DNA of 64,000 nucleotides from an uncultured bacterium (GCA_963717435.1 OY970332.1:1134204-1198203); one strand, 5' to 3'. Shown: positions 1 to 10,308, counted from the first letter of the stretch. Notes: generated by a model not told the origin, from the letters alone. Numbers and translations are program-made.

Positions 1-1071
1 GCATTTACGTCACTGTTATTAACTTATTTGGGTCAAGGTGCATTTTTAATTCTTAACCCCAACTCAGTTAATATATTTTACGAGATGATATTTAGTCAGT
101 GTAATATTTTGTATATCCCGTTTTTATTATTAAGTATTCTTGCAACTATTATAGCATCTCAGGCTATGATCTCTGGGATATTTTCAATAGTTTATCAAGG
201 TATCATGACCAATATCATGCCCAAGCTTCATGTAGAATATACTTCAAGTAAATTAATGACCCAGATATATATCCCTGCTGTAAATTACTTTTTATTAAGC
301 GCAGTATTATTTGTTATCTTAAAGTTTAAATATTCTTATAACCTGGCGAGTGCTTACGGGCTGGCCGCAAGTGGAACCATGACCATTACTGCGATATTAT
401 TAACTTGGATATTCAAGAACAAAAAAGAGTATTTCAAGTCCCACGTTGCCCTTCTGGTATTAATCGTAAATATTATGTTTTTATGCGCAAATACCTATAA
501 GATTCCGCAGGGGGCCTACTGGTCACTCATAATCTCAAGTGTTCCTTTAACTTTAATCTTGATTTATGCATCAGGACAGAGAAAATTATACAAATCTTTG
601 AGCCCACTCTCACTTGATGAATTTTTGGAAAACTATAAAAAATATTATCCCAAAATCACAAATATTTCCGGCACTGCTATATATCTGTCAAAAAAGATTA
701 ATAGTATCCCAACTTATATAGATCACACTATGTTTATAAATAATATTATTTATGAAGATAATATTATCCTGTGCGTAAACACAAAAGAACGTCCTTTTGG
801 GACCTCTGGTGTTATGCAACGGGAATTGGCGCCGGGCTTGAGGGTATTTGAGGTTAATGTCGGCTATATGGAGATAATGAATTTAGAATCTATCTTAAAG
901 CAGGCCCATCTACAGCCCAAAGTTATATTTTATGGCGTCGAAGAGATTACGACAAAAAATATAGTCTGGAAAATCTATATGCTGATCAAAAAGCTTACCC
1001 CCTCTTTTGTGCAGTTTTATAAGCTGCCGTCTCACAAGCTCCATGGGGTTATGGTACGCGTCGAGATGTAG
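1..1071 (+). CDS. kup: KUP/HAK/KT potassium uptake transporter, 5'-truncated by window edge
   Basis: Frame open from base 1; motifs YLGQGA, ATIIASQAMISG, QIYIPAVN, LASAYGLA; multiple TM segments. Confidence 0.9.
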   Translation, partial: AFTSLLLTYLGQGAFLILNPNSVNIFYEMIFSQCNILYIPFLLLSILATIIASQAMISGIFSIVYQGIMTNIMPKLHVEYTSSKLMTQIYIPAVNYFLLSAVLFVILKFKYSYNLASAYGLAASGTMTITAILLTWIFKNKKEYFKSHVALLVLIVNIMFLCANTYKIPQGAYWSLIISSVPLTLILIYASGQRKLYKSLSPLSLDEFLENYKKYYPKITNISGTAIYLSKKINSIPTYIDHTMFINNIIYEDNIILCVNTKERPFGTSGVMQRELAPGLRVFEVNVGYMEIMNLESILKQAHLQPKVIFYGVEEITTKNIVWKIYMLIKKLTPSFVQFYKLPSHKLHGVMVRVEM

Positions 1072-1091
1072 TTACGAAAATTAATTTTTTA

Positions 1092-1278
1092 TGGTTTCGA
1101 TACACCCGTCACCCGATCCCGCGCTCGCCCTGAGTGTTTTTCGAACATAGTGAGAAAAATGTATCGAAGGGTGCCGGGCAATCCCGCCTACGTTAAAAAC
1201 TACGGCGGACGCAGCACCACGACTTGTGCGTCGTAGCTTGCCAAGCCGGTAGGCCTGGACAAGCGCAGTCGCAGCGGG
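1092..1278. repeat. GC-rich cluster of nested REP/MITE-like palindromic units
   Basis: GC-rich intergenic patch; unit CGCTCGCCCTGAGTG...TGTATCGAAGGG (1122-1171) resembles the units at 33542-33662; extra hairpin CCGCC-TACGTTAAAAACTAC-GGCGG. Confidence 0.65.
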
Positions 1279-1315
1279 TAAAAAATTACTTTCTCAAAAA
1301 GCTAATTGGATATGA

Positions 1316-1342
1316 AAAAGGGCCCGTTTTAAGGGCCCTTTT
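1316..1342. terminator. Bidirectional intrinsic terminator between kup and rplU
   Basis: AAAAGGGCCC-gttttaa-GGGCCCTTTT between convergent genes. Confidence 0.8.
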
Positions 1343-1363
1343 AATTTACTAAGTTATAAAAAC

Positions 1364-1699
1364 TTACAGAGACTCAACTCTGATAATCGTAAAGTTTTGT
1401 CTGTGTCCAATCTTACGAGCATACTTTTTACGTCTTTTGAACTTGAAAGATATGATCTTAGGTCCACGCATGTGCTTAACGATAGAAACTTCGATTCCGC
1501 CTTTAACATATGGGGCACCGATTTCAACTGAATCTTCACCAAGTTTTTTTAGCAAAACTTCATTAATCTTAATTTTGCTGCCTACCTGCGCATCTAGCTT
1601 TTCTACAGCTATAGTCTTACCTTCTAGGCCCTGGTATTGCTTGCCGCCTGTTTGAAATATAGCATAGCGGTCAAATTGTGGTATTAGGTTCTTGCTCAT
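1364..1699 (-). CDS. rplU: 50S ribosomal protein L21
   Basis: YAIFQTGGKQY, GAPYV, FKRRKKYARKIGHRQ. Confidence 0.97.
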   Translation of the reverse strand: MSKNLIPQFDRYAIFQTGGKQYQGLEGKTIAVEKLDAQVGSKIKINEVLLKKLGEDSVEIGAPYVKGGIEVSIVKHMRGPKIISFKFKRRKKYARKIGHRQNFTIIRVESL

Positions 1700-1866
1700 C
1701 AGAGAACACTTTCTTAAAAAATTACTAAAGAAACTTAAAAACTTATTTATATCTTTATATATTAGCAGATTTTACGTATATGTCTATACAAAACCCACTA
1801 TATCTATTACTTAATTATTCAGATAGAAAACTTATTGGCTAGCTATTTAAGAAGCTATTTAACCAA

Positions 1867-2226
1867 CTATCTAATATGCAGCAAATATCGCAGATTTAGA
1901 TAATTTTTGAGCTTACCCACCCTGGTGCCACCATTTGGCTTGTGCATGGGCTCGCCAAGCTCGTAAACATATAACACAGAACTAGCAATAAGAACTCGAA
2001 TTTCACCAGAATTTACAAGCTTATTCGCACTTGCAAAGTACCTGTTTAATACTTTAAGGCTAATCTGGCTCAGTGTCGTGGCTGGCGTTACGGGAATATC
2101 AAAATCCCCGATTTTTGTATCCCCAAATTGTATATTAACTTTAATAAAATCTGGGCCGGAACAGTGTAAAAATAATAAATTAAGAGAAAAAACAGTAAAA
2201 ACAGTAAGCTTTGTAAAAAAACGCAT
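1867..2226 (-). CDS. Secreted hypothetical protein, possible ubiquitin-like fold
   Basis: N-terminal signal peptide; IPVTPATTLSQISLKV and EIRVLIASSVL loosely resemble ubiquitin segments. Confidence 0.55.
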   Translation of the reverse strand: MRFFTKLTVFTVFSLNLLFLHCSGPDFIKVNIQFGDTKIGDFDIPVTPATTLSQISLKVLNRYFASANKLVNSGEIRVLIASSVLYVYELGEPMHKPNGGTRVGKLKNYLNLRYLLHIR

Positions 2227-2418
2227 GGGACAACCCTGTTGATAATTTTTGGTAAATTTTAATAAATTTGTTTAATTCTGGGCCAGATTTTGGACAATTT
2301 GAACAATATTTATAGCTAATTTGCCGATTTTCGATCTTTTTGTCAAAATAGATATAATATTAATATATTTAGTAATATAAAAACCCAGAAACTATAAACA
2401 AAATAATAAGAGGTCATC

Positions 2419-3015
2419 ATGGCAAAAATAGATTTGGATCTTATCCAGGCTCTCAGAAATAGAACAGGCGTTGGTATGATGGACTGCAAAAAAGCACTTC
2501 AAGAAACCGATGGGGATATCGAAAAAGCTGTTGAAATATTGCGTAAAAAGGGCGCAGCAATAGCTGAAAAGCGTTCTGGAAATGAAACGGCTCAGGGGAT
2601 CGTACATAATTATATCCACCCTGGAGCAAAAATGGGCGTCATGGTACAAATTAATTGCGAAACAGATTTTGTTGCAAGTACACAAGATATGAAAAACTTC
2701 GCTCAAGATTTGTGCTTACATATAGCTGCTTTTAAGCCTAAATATGTAAGACCCGAAGAAGTGGACCAAGAATTTATTAATAACGAAAAAAGAATACTTA
2801 TCGAACAACTAGAAGGTTCTGGCAAGCCTGCCGGAGTTATAACCCAAATTATTGATGGTAAGCTTAAAAAAGTATTCTCAGAAATATGTTTAATGCAGCA
2901 GCCGTTTGTTAAAAACGACCAACTTACTGTAGACGATGTCTTAAAAGATCTTATTGCAAAAATGGGCGAAAATATTAAAGTCACGAGATTTTGCAGATTT
3001 GAAATCGGTGCATAA
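2419..3015 (+). CDS. tsf: Elongation factor Ts (short form)
   Basis: LRNRTGVGMMDCKKAL, NCETDFVA, LMQQPFVK. Confidence 0.97.
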   Translation: MAKIDLDLIQALRNRTGVGMMDCKKALQETDGDIEKAVEILRKKGAAIAEKRSGNETAQGIVHNYIHPGAKMGVMVQINCETDFVASTQDMKNFAQDLCLHIAAFKPKYVRPEEVDQEFINNEKRILIEQLEGSGKPAGVITQIIDGKLKKVFSEICLMQQPFVKNDQLTVDDVLKDLIAKMGENIKVTRFCRFEIGA

Positions 3016-3031
3016 TTAATAGGAAACGTTT

Positions 3032-3616
3032 ATGAAAATAGATATTATTGAAGGCGCGAATACCAAGAACTTCGAGAAATCAGTCGAAACTGAGATGGAC
3101 CCTCAAATAAAGCATCTTGAAAAAGAGCTTTTAAAGATAAGAACAGGTCGCGCCCACCCATCTTTAATAGAACATTTAAAAGTTGAGGCCTATGGCAGCG
3201 TAATGCAACTTAAAGAAGTTGCTGCAATTTCAGCGCCCGAAGCTTTGCTTTTGGTAATTCAACCCTGGGATAAGGCTGTTATGCCAGAAATAGAAAAGGC
3301 CATACAAACTTCAGATTTAGGGTTAACGCCGCTAAACGACGGTAATATCATACGCATAGCTTTGCCAAAAATGAGCAGCTCCCGTAGAGATGAGCTTATA
3401 AAACTGCTTCATAAAAAAGTCGAAGAATCAAAAGTCTCTATAAGAAATATCAGAAAAGAAGTGCAAAATATATTAAGAGATTTTGAAAAATCTAAAAAGA
3501 TTTCTGAAGACTATAATAGAAGGTTGCAAGAGAGCTTACAGAAAACAACTGACAAGGTTATTGAACTTGCTGACAAACTATCTTTAAAAAAAGAAGAAGA
3601 AATCAAACAAGTTTAA
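3032..3616 (+). CDS. frr: Ribosome recycling factor
   Basis: IRTGRAHP, IQPWDK, SDLGLTPLNDG, VSIRNIR. Confidence 0.97.
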   Translation: MKIDIIEGANTKNFEKSVETEMDPQIKHLEKELLKIRTGRAHPSLIEHLKVEAYGSVMQLKEVAAISAPEALLLVIQPWDKAVMPEIEKAIQTSDLGLTPLNDGNIIRIALPKMSSSRRDELIKLLHKKVEESKVSIRNIRKEVQNILRDFEKSKKISEDYNRRLQESLQKTTDKVIELADKLSLKKEEEIKQV

Positions 3617-3686
3617 GTTTCCGCTTCACATTATGATGCCAATCTGATAGTATATATCAGACTTTTTAGATGAACTTTGAAATCAC

Positions 3687-3759
3687 GGGTCGCTAGCTCA
3701 ATTGGTAGAGCGACAGACTCTTAATCTGCAGGTTCTTGGTTCGAATCCAAGGCGACCCA
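3687..3759 (+). tRNA. tRNA-Lys (CTT), CCA not encoded
   Basis: GGGTCGC/GCGACCC acceptor stem, anticodon loop CTCTTAA, T-loop GTTCGAATC. Confidence 0.92.
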
Positions 3760-3776
3760 CATGATTAAAATTAAAT

Positions 3777-3861
3777 GCAAGAGTGGCGAAATTGGCAGAC
3801 GCGCTGGACTTAGGATCCAGTCCCGAAAGGGGTGGGGGTTCAACTCCCTCCTCTTGCACCA
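3777..3861 (+). tRNA. tRNA-Leu (TAG)
   Basis: GCAAGAG/CTCTTGC acceptor stem, loop CTTAGGA, long variable arm, encoded CCA. Confidence 0.93.
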
Positions 3862-3888
3862 TTTTTTTTAAAAAAGGAGAAATGTAGA

Positions 3889-5197
3889 ATGAGTTCATAT
3901 AAAAAAAAGTCTTCAATTTGAGTACAATCAAAATCCCCATCTCAGTATAAAATAACAGTTACAGTTCCGTCAGAGTACGTCGACGCAATATATTCTCAAG
4001 CTGTAGATTCCCAAAAAAGTTCCGCTTGAACTTATGGATTTGCTCAAGGGCAAACTCCGGCCTGCAATATATAGAGAGTAACTTATAGAGCCACAATCTA
4101 ATAGATCACACAAAAAGTTTATTAATGGCACACTGTGTTGAAGAAGGTTGCTTATCAGGGCTATTTGAAAATCAAATTGGTGTAAGTGGTGACCTGTATT
4201 TTGCGCAGAACATATCTGCAACCACATGAAGATGCTATTTTTTGAATTCACTCAAGTTCAATAAATCTGAGTTAAGAAGAAAAACTGGAAAGAACTTGTT
4301 ATAAAAACACCAACCAGAAAAAATTACAAAGATCTAGACAGGCAAGTACAAATTTTTATCAAAGAAGAGATGATAAAGCAGGCTTTATGCACAGACAATA
4401 AAATCAAAATAGGAGACTTGTGTATGCTTCGATCTTGCAATAACAGATTCTAATAAAAAAAATATTTTGGGAAATTATAACAAAATCTTTGGCTAAAAAT
4501 CGGCGAAGAAGAAGCTGACAGAGATTTGAAAGATCTTTTTATCGACAAAACATGGGAAGCTCTGTATTAACACAAAATATATGCCTTCAAGAATATATAA
4601 GTCCCGATCTTGATATGCCAAGTACATTTTCGGTAACAATCAAAACAGTTGTTCCTAGTGCTTACTTTGACTTTGAAAAATTCAAAACACATTTTGAAAT
4701 AAAAACTAACAAAGAGATGGAATCAAAGATTATAGAAGTTTTTTCTTACAGAAATAATTTATCCCAAAGACGGGAGACTGTTGAAGTTATACTCGCTGCA
4801 CTTTCAAAACAACTTCAAGTAGATATCCTCAATCATCTTTTGAGCCAACATAAATTAAAATTACTAAGCGAAATACAAGACAATCCTGATTATCTTGTAT
4901 ATAAAGCTCAGCAAGACTTTGAGGAAAAAGTTGCGATGCTCGCAAAAAAACAGTTAAAAGAAATAATTATTATCGATGCGATTTCTCATCAAGAAAAAAT
5001 GACAATAAGTCATGAAGAAATTATAAATTATTTAAATCTACTATAAGCGTCCAAGAACAAAAGATTTTTTGTATTTCTTAATGCCTTCAAAAAAACTGAA
5101 TGGCCTAGAGTCACCAATTTCTTCTGAAAATATAAAGCAATATTGCATCAGAGAAAAGACATTAAATTACGTAATAAATTTTTTGACCAAACAGTAG
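3889..5197 (+). pseudogene. tig: Trigger factor-like gene with multiple frameshifts (pseudogene or consensus errors)
   Basis: AGGAG RBS then ATG at 3889; fragment GFAQGQTP resembles the GFRKGKVP signature; ORF 4552-5046 and REKTLNYVI tail resemble the TF C-domain; lies downstream of tRNA-Leu; about 1.3 kb. Confidence 0.7.
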
Positions 5198-5203
5198 GAT
5201 CCT

Positions 5204-6133
5204 GTGATGAATAATTATGAAAAAGTTGTCATAATCGGCTCCGGGCCGGCTGGCTTTACTGCGGCAGTTTATACAGCAAGAGCTGGATTAAAACCACTAA
5301 TTATCGAAGGGCCGAATCCTGGTGGCCAACTTATGGGAACAACTCACGTTGAAAACTGGCCAGGAGAAATTTCGATTTTGGGGCCACAATTAATACAAAA
5401 GATGCGTGATCATGCAAAACATTTTGGAACAAGATTTTTGGGAAGAACCGTTTTAAAAGTTGATCTATCAAAACGCCCGTTTACAATAGAAACATCCAAA
5501 GATGTCATTCAAGCAGAGAGTTTAATTATAGCCACAGGTGCCTCTCCCCGAAAACTTGGCTGTCCTGGCGAAGAGCAATATTGGGGAAAAGGTGTCTCAA
5601 CTTGTGCCGTATGCGACGGCGCGCTTTATAAAGATAAAAAAGTTGTAATAGTTGGTGGTGGCGATACCGCAATGGAAGAAGCTTCTTTCATGCGAAATTT
5701 TACTGATCAAGTTATTATCATACACATTCTTGATAAACTTACTGCATCAAAAGCGATGCAAGATAGAGTGCTTCAAGATCCAAAAATCAAAATTATTTAT
5801 AATAGTTCTGTTACAGAAATTACCGGCGATGGCGAGCATGCAAGAGAGATTACTGTAAAAAATACAAAAACAAATACTACAGAAAAAATAGCTATAGACG
5901 GCATGTTCGTTGCAATTGGCCTCACACCTGCAACTGCCTTATTTAAAAATCAAATCGAACTTGCGCCTAATGGTTATATAATCACCAAAGAACATACTAA
6001 AACTTCTGTTGACGGCGTATTTGCTGCAGGCGACGTCGCTGATTATAAATATCGCCAAGCAATTACATCGGCCGGGACAGGCTGCATGGCCGCACTTGAT
6101 GTGGAAAGATTTTTAAAGGAACACGCGCTTTAA
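5204..6133 (+). CDS. trxB: Thioredoxin-disulfide reductase
   Basis: GSGPAG, GVSTCAVCDG, GGGDTAMEEA, FAAGDV, RQAITSAGTGCMAA. Confidence 0.97.
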   Translation: MMNNYEKVVIIGSGPAGFTAAVYTARAGLKPLIIEGPNPGGQLMGTTHVENWPGEISILGPQLIQKMRDHAKHFGTRFLGRTVLKVDLSKRPFTIETSKDVIQAESLIIATGASPRKLGCPGEEQYWGKGVSTCAVCDGALYKDKKVVIVGGGDTAMEEASFMRNFTDQVIIIHILDKLTASKAMQDRVLQDPKIKIIYNSSVTEITGDGEHAREITVKNTKTNTTEKIAIDGMFVAIGLTPATALFKNQIELAPNGYIITKEHTKTSVDGVFAAGDVADYKYRQAITSAGTGCMAALDVERFLKEHAL

Positions 6134-6144
6134 GAGAGGCTATT

Positions 6145-7149
6145 ATGAAACAAAAAATATTTTTTCTGCTTACACTCACAGCATATATTTCAAACTCAAA
6201 TTGCATGGAAAACCCCGATCAAGACGAAGCAATTATTGGTGCCATTGAAAAAATGTTAAAAAAGCCAATAATTTTTAAACCAACATTTGATGACCTTTAT
6301 GATGCGTTTGGGGAAATTCCGGCGCTCGGGCTAAGTCCCGATACCGCAACAGATTATTTAGTATCAGCCATAAAATCGAAAGATAACTCCGAAAAAACAA
6401 GGGCCACTATTAACAAAATTATGATATTGAAATTATTCACACCCGATAATAGTGGTGGCCGAGATGGTCATTCAACAACAACGCGCGATACCATTCGCAA
6501 TGTTTCACTTTATTTAGACACATTCCCAAAAGTGATCAATGCAATTTGCGATGCTGATCCAAAAGACTTAATTTTGAAATCCGCATGGCTAATATTAAGC
6601 ACAATGCCAAGTTTGTACGAAATTTTCTGCGAATTTGGTTTTATAAAGAACAAAGATAATTCGCAAAGTGATAATCGCGACTTCGAACTTGAGCTCTATG
6701 GCACTAAGGGACAGGAATATTTGGATAAATATTTGGCGTTAATGGCAAAAGTTGTCCAAACTGATTTTGCACAGCAGGGAATTATGCTGACAAGGCTTGT
6801 TCAAAAACTGGGCGACAATGTTGATTTTTTGAATTATGTCGACGAGCAAATTGAAGAAATCCCATTGTTTAAAAACAAAATAGAAGTAATACGCGAACAA
6901 TGGAAAATGTACAACTTAGCCACTGAAGAATTTGAAACAGTTATGGAAATGGACAGTCGAATTCAGACCATAGAAAAAGAAATCAACTTAATACATGAGG
7001 AAATTCACAAATTTAGCCAACAAGTTTTAGATAGCAGTCAAACAAAGCCGATTACAACTAACAGCACAATTGCAAATAATCTTCTAGATTTGGGTGAATT
7101 TGAAGAACCAAACAGCGATCAAAAAGATGAAGTTGGCAAGACAAATTAA
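6145..7149 (+). CDS. Secreted hypothetical protein
   Basis: Signal peptide followed by MENP; helical/coiled-coil C-terminus. Confidence 0.75.
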   Translation: MKQKIFFLLTLTAYISNSNCMENPDQDEAIIGAIEKMLKKPIIFKPTFDDLYDAFGEIPALGLSPDTATDYLVSAIKSKDNSEKTRATINKIMILKLFTPDNSGGRDGHSTTTRDTIRNVSLYLDTFPKVINAICDADPKDLILKSAWLILSTMPSLYEIFCEFGFIKNKDNSQSDNRDFELELYGTKGQEYLDKYLALMAKVVQTDFAQQGIMLTRLVQKLGDNVDFLNYVDEQIEEIPLFKNKIEVIREQWKMYNLATEEFETVMEMDSRIQTIEKEINLIHEEIHKFSQQVLDSSQTKPITTNSTIANNLLDLGEFEEPNSDQKDEVGKTN

Positions 7150-7327
7150 AACCGAGTAAGACAAATATTTTTTCACAGCAAATATTATTTAGAAGCAAAA
7201 GACATTATCACCAGATCGGTGATCTCTTTTTACCCAAATTACGCAGTACTGGGCTATGTTGTAACAATTGCTTACGCGCTTTTTTATATTCTTTGAAAGC
7301 CCTTTTAGCTTCTTTGGAGATCTTGCA

Positions 7328-8383
7328 CTAATTGAAAATGTAATATACAGCACAGGCTAAAACTATAACAATTATGGGGCTGCCTACTTTGAAACATGCG
7401 CCTGAACTCAATTGCAAAGAATTTTTCTTGTTAGTAATTCCGTGATTTTCAAAATAACGAACCTGGGAGAGTTTAAGACTTTTTAATAAAACTGATGAGT
7501 CAATGATCATTTTAGTGGACTTTTCTCTAAAATTAATATCTACAGCGAATTCCACAATATTATCCAACTCAGAATATGAAAAATTCTCACAACCTTGTGC
7601 AAGGGTCTCCAACGTTCTTTTATCAAGTTTAACTTCAAAACCTTCCATATCTTTCAAATGAAATTCCAAAAATTTCAAACGATGTTCGTAATCGGGAAGG
7701 TCTATTTTTATTAAATGACATTGTTCAATAACACTATTATGCATTAAATCTAGCCTATCAGTAACAAGAATTACGAACAATTTGGGGTTGTTTTTAGATT
7801 CATCTAATTTTTCTATAAAGGTCCTACACGCTTGAACATATTCTATATTTGCTTCATGAATGGTTTTATAAGAAAGACCATCAGCCCAATCAATAAAAAT
7901 GATGCACGATTTATCACAATTTTTTGCCATATCAAATAACCTGCGCACATTTTTTGATCCGGAACCACGATATTTAGTCACATAACTAAAGCTTGCCTTT
8001 TCAAAAAGAACTCTACCAGTTTCGCTAGCAATTATTTTTGCTAACATCGATTTGCCTGTTCCATTTTTCCCATGTAATAATATTCTATTATTTATATTAG
8101 GATCCATTCCAGCAAGTTCATCCATTTTTTTAATATTAAAAATAACAGCTTTTATTTCATCAGGCAGTTCGCCAATATAGTCTTTCAATCCCACAGGCCT
8201 AGTTGGATCAAAGAAATTTTCTTCTTGTTCTTCTAAACACGAGTTACACAAAGAATCGCGATTGACTGTTACAGCCAAGGGCACTCTTACCCCATTGTTA
8301 GAATTCTCCATCGATTTCGAATTAAAATTCAATAAAACAAAAATCGCTATTAATTGTATTTTTATAAAATTTAACTTGTGCAT
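7328..8383 (-). CDS. Signal-peptide-bearing AAA ATPase-like protein with degenerate Walker B and C-terminal TM
   Basis: Walker A HGKNGTGKS; YRGSG pore loop; FIDWAD in place of FIDEID; no Arg finger. Confidence 0.85.
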   Translation of the reverse strand: MHKLNFIKIQLIAIFVLLNFNSKSMENSNNGVRVPLAVTVNRDSLCNSCLEEQEENFFDPTRPVGLKDYIGELPDEIKAVIFNIKKMDELAGMDPNINNRILLHGKNGTGKSMLAKIIASETGRVLFEKASFSYVTKYRGSGSKNVRRLFDMAKNCDKSCIIFIDWADGLSYKTIHEANIEYVQACRTFIEKLDESKNNPKLFVILVTDRLDLMHNSVIEQCHLIKIDLPDYEHRLKFLEFHLKDMEGFEVKLDKRTLETLAQGCENFSYSELDNIVEFAVDINFREKSTKMIIDSSVLLKSLKLSQVRYFENHGITNKKNSLQLSSGACFKVGSPIIVIVLACAVYYIFN

Positions 8384-8526
8384 GAAATCCTTCGTGCTTA
8401 AAAAATATTTTGAATTAATAATTGCAAACTAGCATATCAAAATACTGGCGCAAATAAAACAATCGATGCTTAAGATTTTAAACATAAAAATAGATTTCAA
8501 GGGCATTTTTTCACAGCAAAATATTA

Positions 8527-9387
8527 TTACACGCAAAAGATATTATAGATGCCGTTGATAAAACTTGTTCGTTCTGGGCTAGAATTAAATCTCAAATTCA
8601 TATTATCAAGAACAAAAAGTGCTGGGTTTTCGTTAGGAAGTTTTAAAACAGAAACAAGAATATAATGATTTTCTGAGGATAGTATGCAGGCGAAATTTAT
8701 AATAGCTGCAGAATTTGTGTACAAAAGAGATTTTAAGCTTAATAATTTTTCATGAAGCTTGGCCAGCAAAGAATCCATAACAAAAACTTTAATGTTATCT
8801 TCTGACGTTCTATATGGTGCTTTAATTTTCACATGGGCATCATGTTTTTTCAGTGTAACTTCCGCCGTAATAGTTTTATATTTAGTAGAAAAATAGGGTT
8901 GCCAACTGTAATTATTTAATTGAAGTTTTATCTGGTTAGGTGGCGCTAAATTTAGTATATAAAAATTTTTTAATGATAAATTGTTGTCTGCCATATGGAC
9001 CAAGTCTGTCGTATTTAAACTTGCTCGCGGATTTAAGTTTTTACTATTGATATATTGCGAACAGACAGATTTTATGTCGCAAGAGCTATTTAAGCCAATA
9101 AGAGATTCGAGCATGCGACTATTATGCAAAACAAAATAGCCACAACTATACCCATCAAGATGGCTTATGCTTTTAATTTGATAGATTCTTCTCGCCTGAT
9201 CTTTGCAAAGCAGATTTAGTCTTTTACTACTTATAAACTTTTCGGCCCCATAATTGGCCGGTGCCCCATGAACCAACAGCAAACTGGTCAAGATACAAAA
9301 GCCAACCCCGCTAAGCAGTACAGGTTTGGCGGCGGCAAATAAAACTGATAAGTTAAAATAATAACTATATTTTTTGTTCGTATCCAT
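8527..9387 (-). CDS. Exported hypothetical protein, candidate papain-like cysteine protease
   Basis: Hydrophobic N-terminus; DGYSCGY, NHYILV, FVLDN give a C-H-D order. Confidence 0.6.
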   Translation of the reverse strand: MDTNKKYSYYFNLSVLFAAAKPVLLSGVGFCILTSLLLVHGAPANYGAEKFISSKRLNLLCKDQARRIYQIKSISHLDGYSCGYFVLHNSRMLESLIGLNSSCDIKSVCSQYINSKNLNPRASLNTTDLVHMADNNLSLKNFYILNLAPPNQIKLQLNNYSWQPYFSTKYKTITAEVTLKKHDAHVKIKAPYRTSEDNIKVFVMDSLLAKLHEKLLSLKSLLYTNSAAIINFACILSSENHYILVSVLKLPNENPALFVLDNMNLRFNSSPERTSFINGIYNIFCV

Positions 9388-9608
9388 AATTCCCCCTATG
9401 AATTAGATAGATACTTAATTTATACCATAAAGCTGGGATATTTAACAAGATCTGGGGCTCGAGGCCCAGGCGCAAATTTGATAAAGCTGGGATGGGAAGA
9501 ACGAACTTTGGGGGTAATTAACTAAAAAGACGGGCATAAATTGAAAAATTTAGATTTTAGGGTAAAATTAACTATACATTACTAATTTTATTCTAAAGGT
9601 AAGAAAAA

Positions 9609-9749
9609 ATGTCAGTCACCTTCAAGTTGAAACGCAAAAAAAGAAATAGAAAACATGGTTTTCTGAAACGCATGGCTACCAAAGACGGAAGAAAAATCGT
9701 CAACCGTAGAAGAGCAAAAGGCAGAAAGCGCCTAACAGTCCAAGCTTAA
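9609..9749 (+). CDS. rpmH: 50S ribosomal protein L34 (below ORF-track cutoff)
   Basis: Manual translation [46 protein letters not shown]; upstream of rnpA. Confidence 0.95.
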   Translation: MSVTFKLKRKKRNRKHGFLKRMATKDGRKIVNRRRAKGRKRLTVQA

Positions 9750-9763
9750 CCAGTTCAGGCTTA

Positions 9764-10123
9764 ATGTTAAATTTTGCAAATAAAATAACCCTCTTTAATA
9801 AAAAAGAAATAGTAGCCCTGTTCAAAGCTGCAAAGCTATTGGTACAGGATAAAAATTTTGACTTAAAGAGGGCTCCATCCAGCCAGGATTTTGGCAAAAT
9901 TCTAATAATAATACCCAAAAAAGTTGGCACAGCTCCGCAAAGAAACAGATTAAGACGCAGGGTAAAAGCGATCTTTTATGAGGCGCAGTTATTCAAGTTG
10001 CCATATGACTTTGTGATTTTTTTTAAGCCCAATTCTGCAAATCTTAGCTTTCAAGATCTTAAAGATATTTTTAATATAGATTTGTTAACAAGCACCCTGC
10101 CAGATACCAAAATAACAGATTAG
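9764..10123 (+). CDS. rnpA: Ribonuclease P protein component
   Basis: KKVGTAPQRNRLRRR (RNR motif); follows rpmH. Confidence 0.92.
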   Translation: MLNFANKITLFNKKEIVALFKAAKLLVQDKNFDLKRAPSSQDFGKILIIIPKKVGTAPQRNRLRRRVKAIFYEAQLFKLPYDFVIFFKPNSANLSFQDLKDIFNIDLLTSTLPDTKITD

Positions 10124-10125
10124 CC

Positions 10126-10308
10126 GTGATAGCCAATATATTAATTTTTTTAATTAAATCAGTAAGACCGTTGCTGGGGCCATTAGGTTGCTGCAAATAT
10201 GACCTATCTTGTGGTAATTTCGCCATCTTGATGCTGAAAGACAAATCTCTATTTCCTGCCATTTTTGCTATTACTAAGCGGCTTTTTTCTTGTAATCCTT
10301 TTTTTTGA
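10126..10308 (+). CDS. yidD: Membrane protein insertion efficiency factor YidD
   Basis: RPLLGP..CKYDLSC and KRLFSCNPF; follows rpmH-rnpA. Confidence 0.85.
   Translation: MIANILIFLIKSVRPLLGPLGCCKYDLSCGNFAILMLKDKSLFPAIFAITKRLFSCNPFF

Noticed and set aside
3698-3940. 80-aa minus-strand ORF
   Set aside because: Antisense shadow of tRNA-Lys and tRNA-Leu
9400-9608. oriC upstream of rpmH (13-bp direct repeat ATAAAGCTGGGAT at 9427 and 9481)
   Set aside because: No dnaA adjacent and no TTATCCACA boxes seen; two copies alone are insufficient
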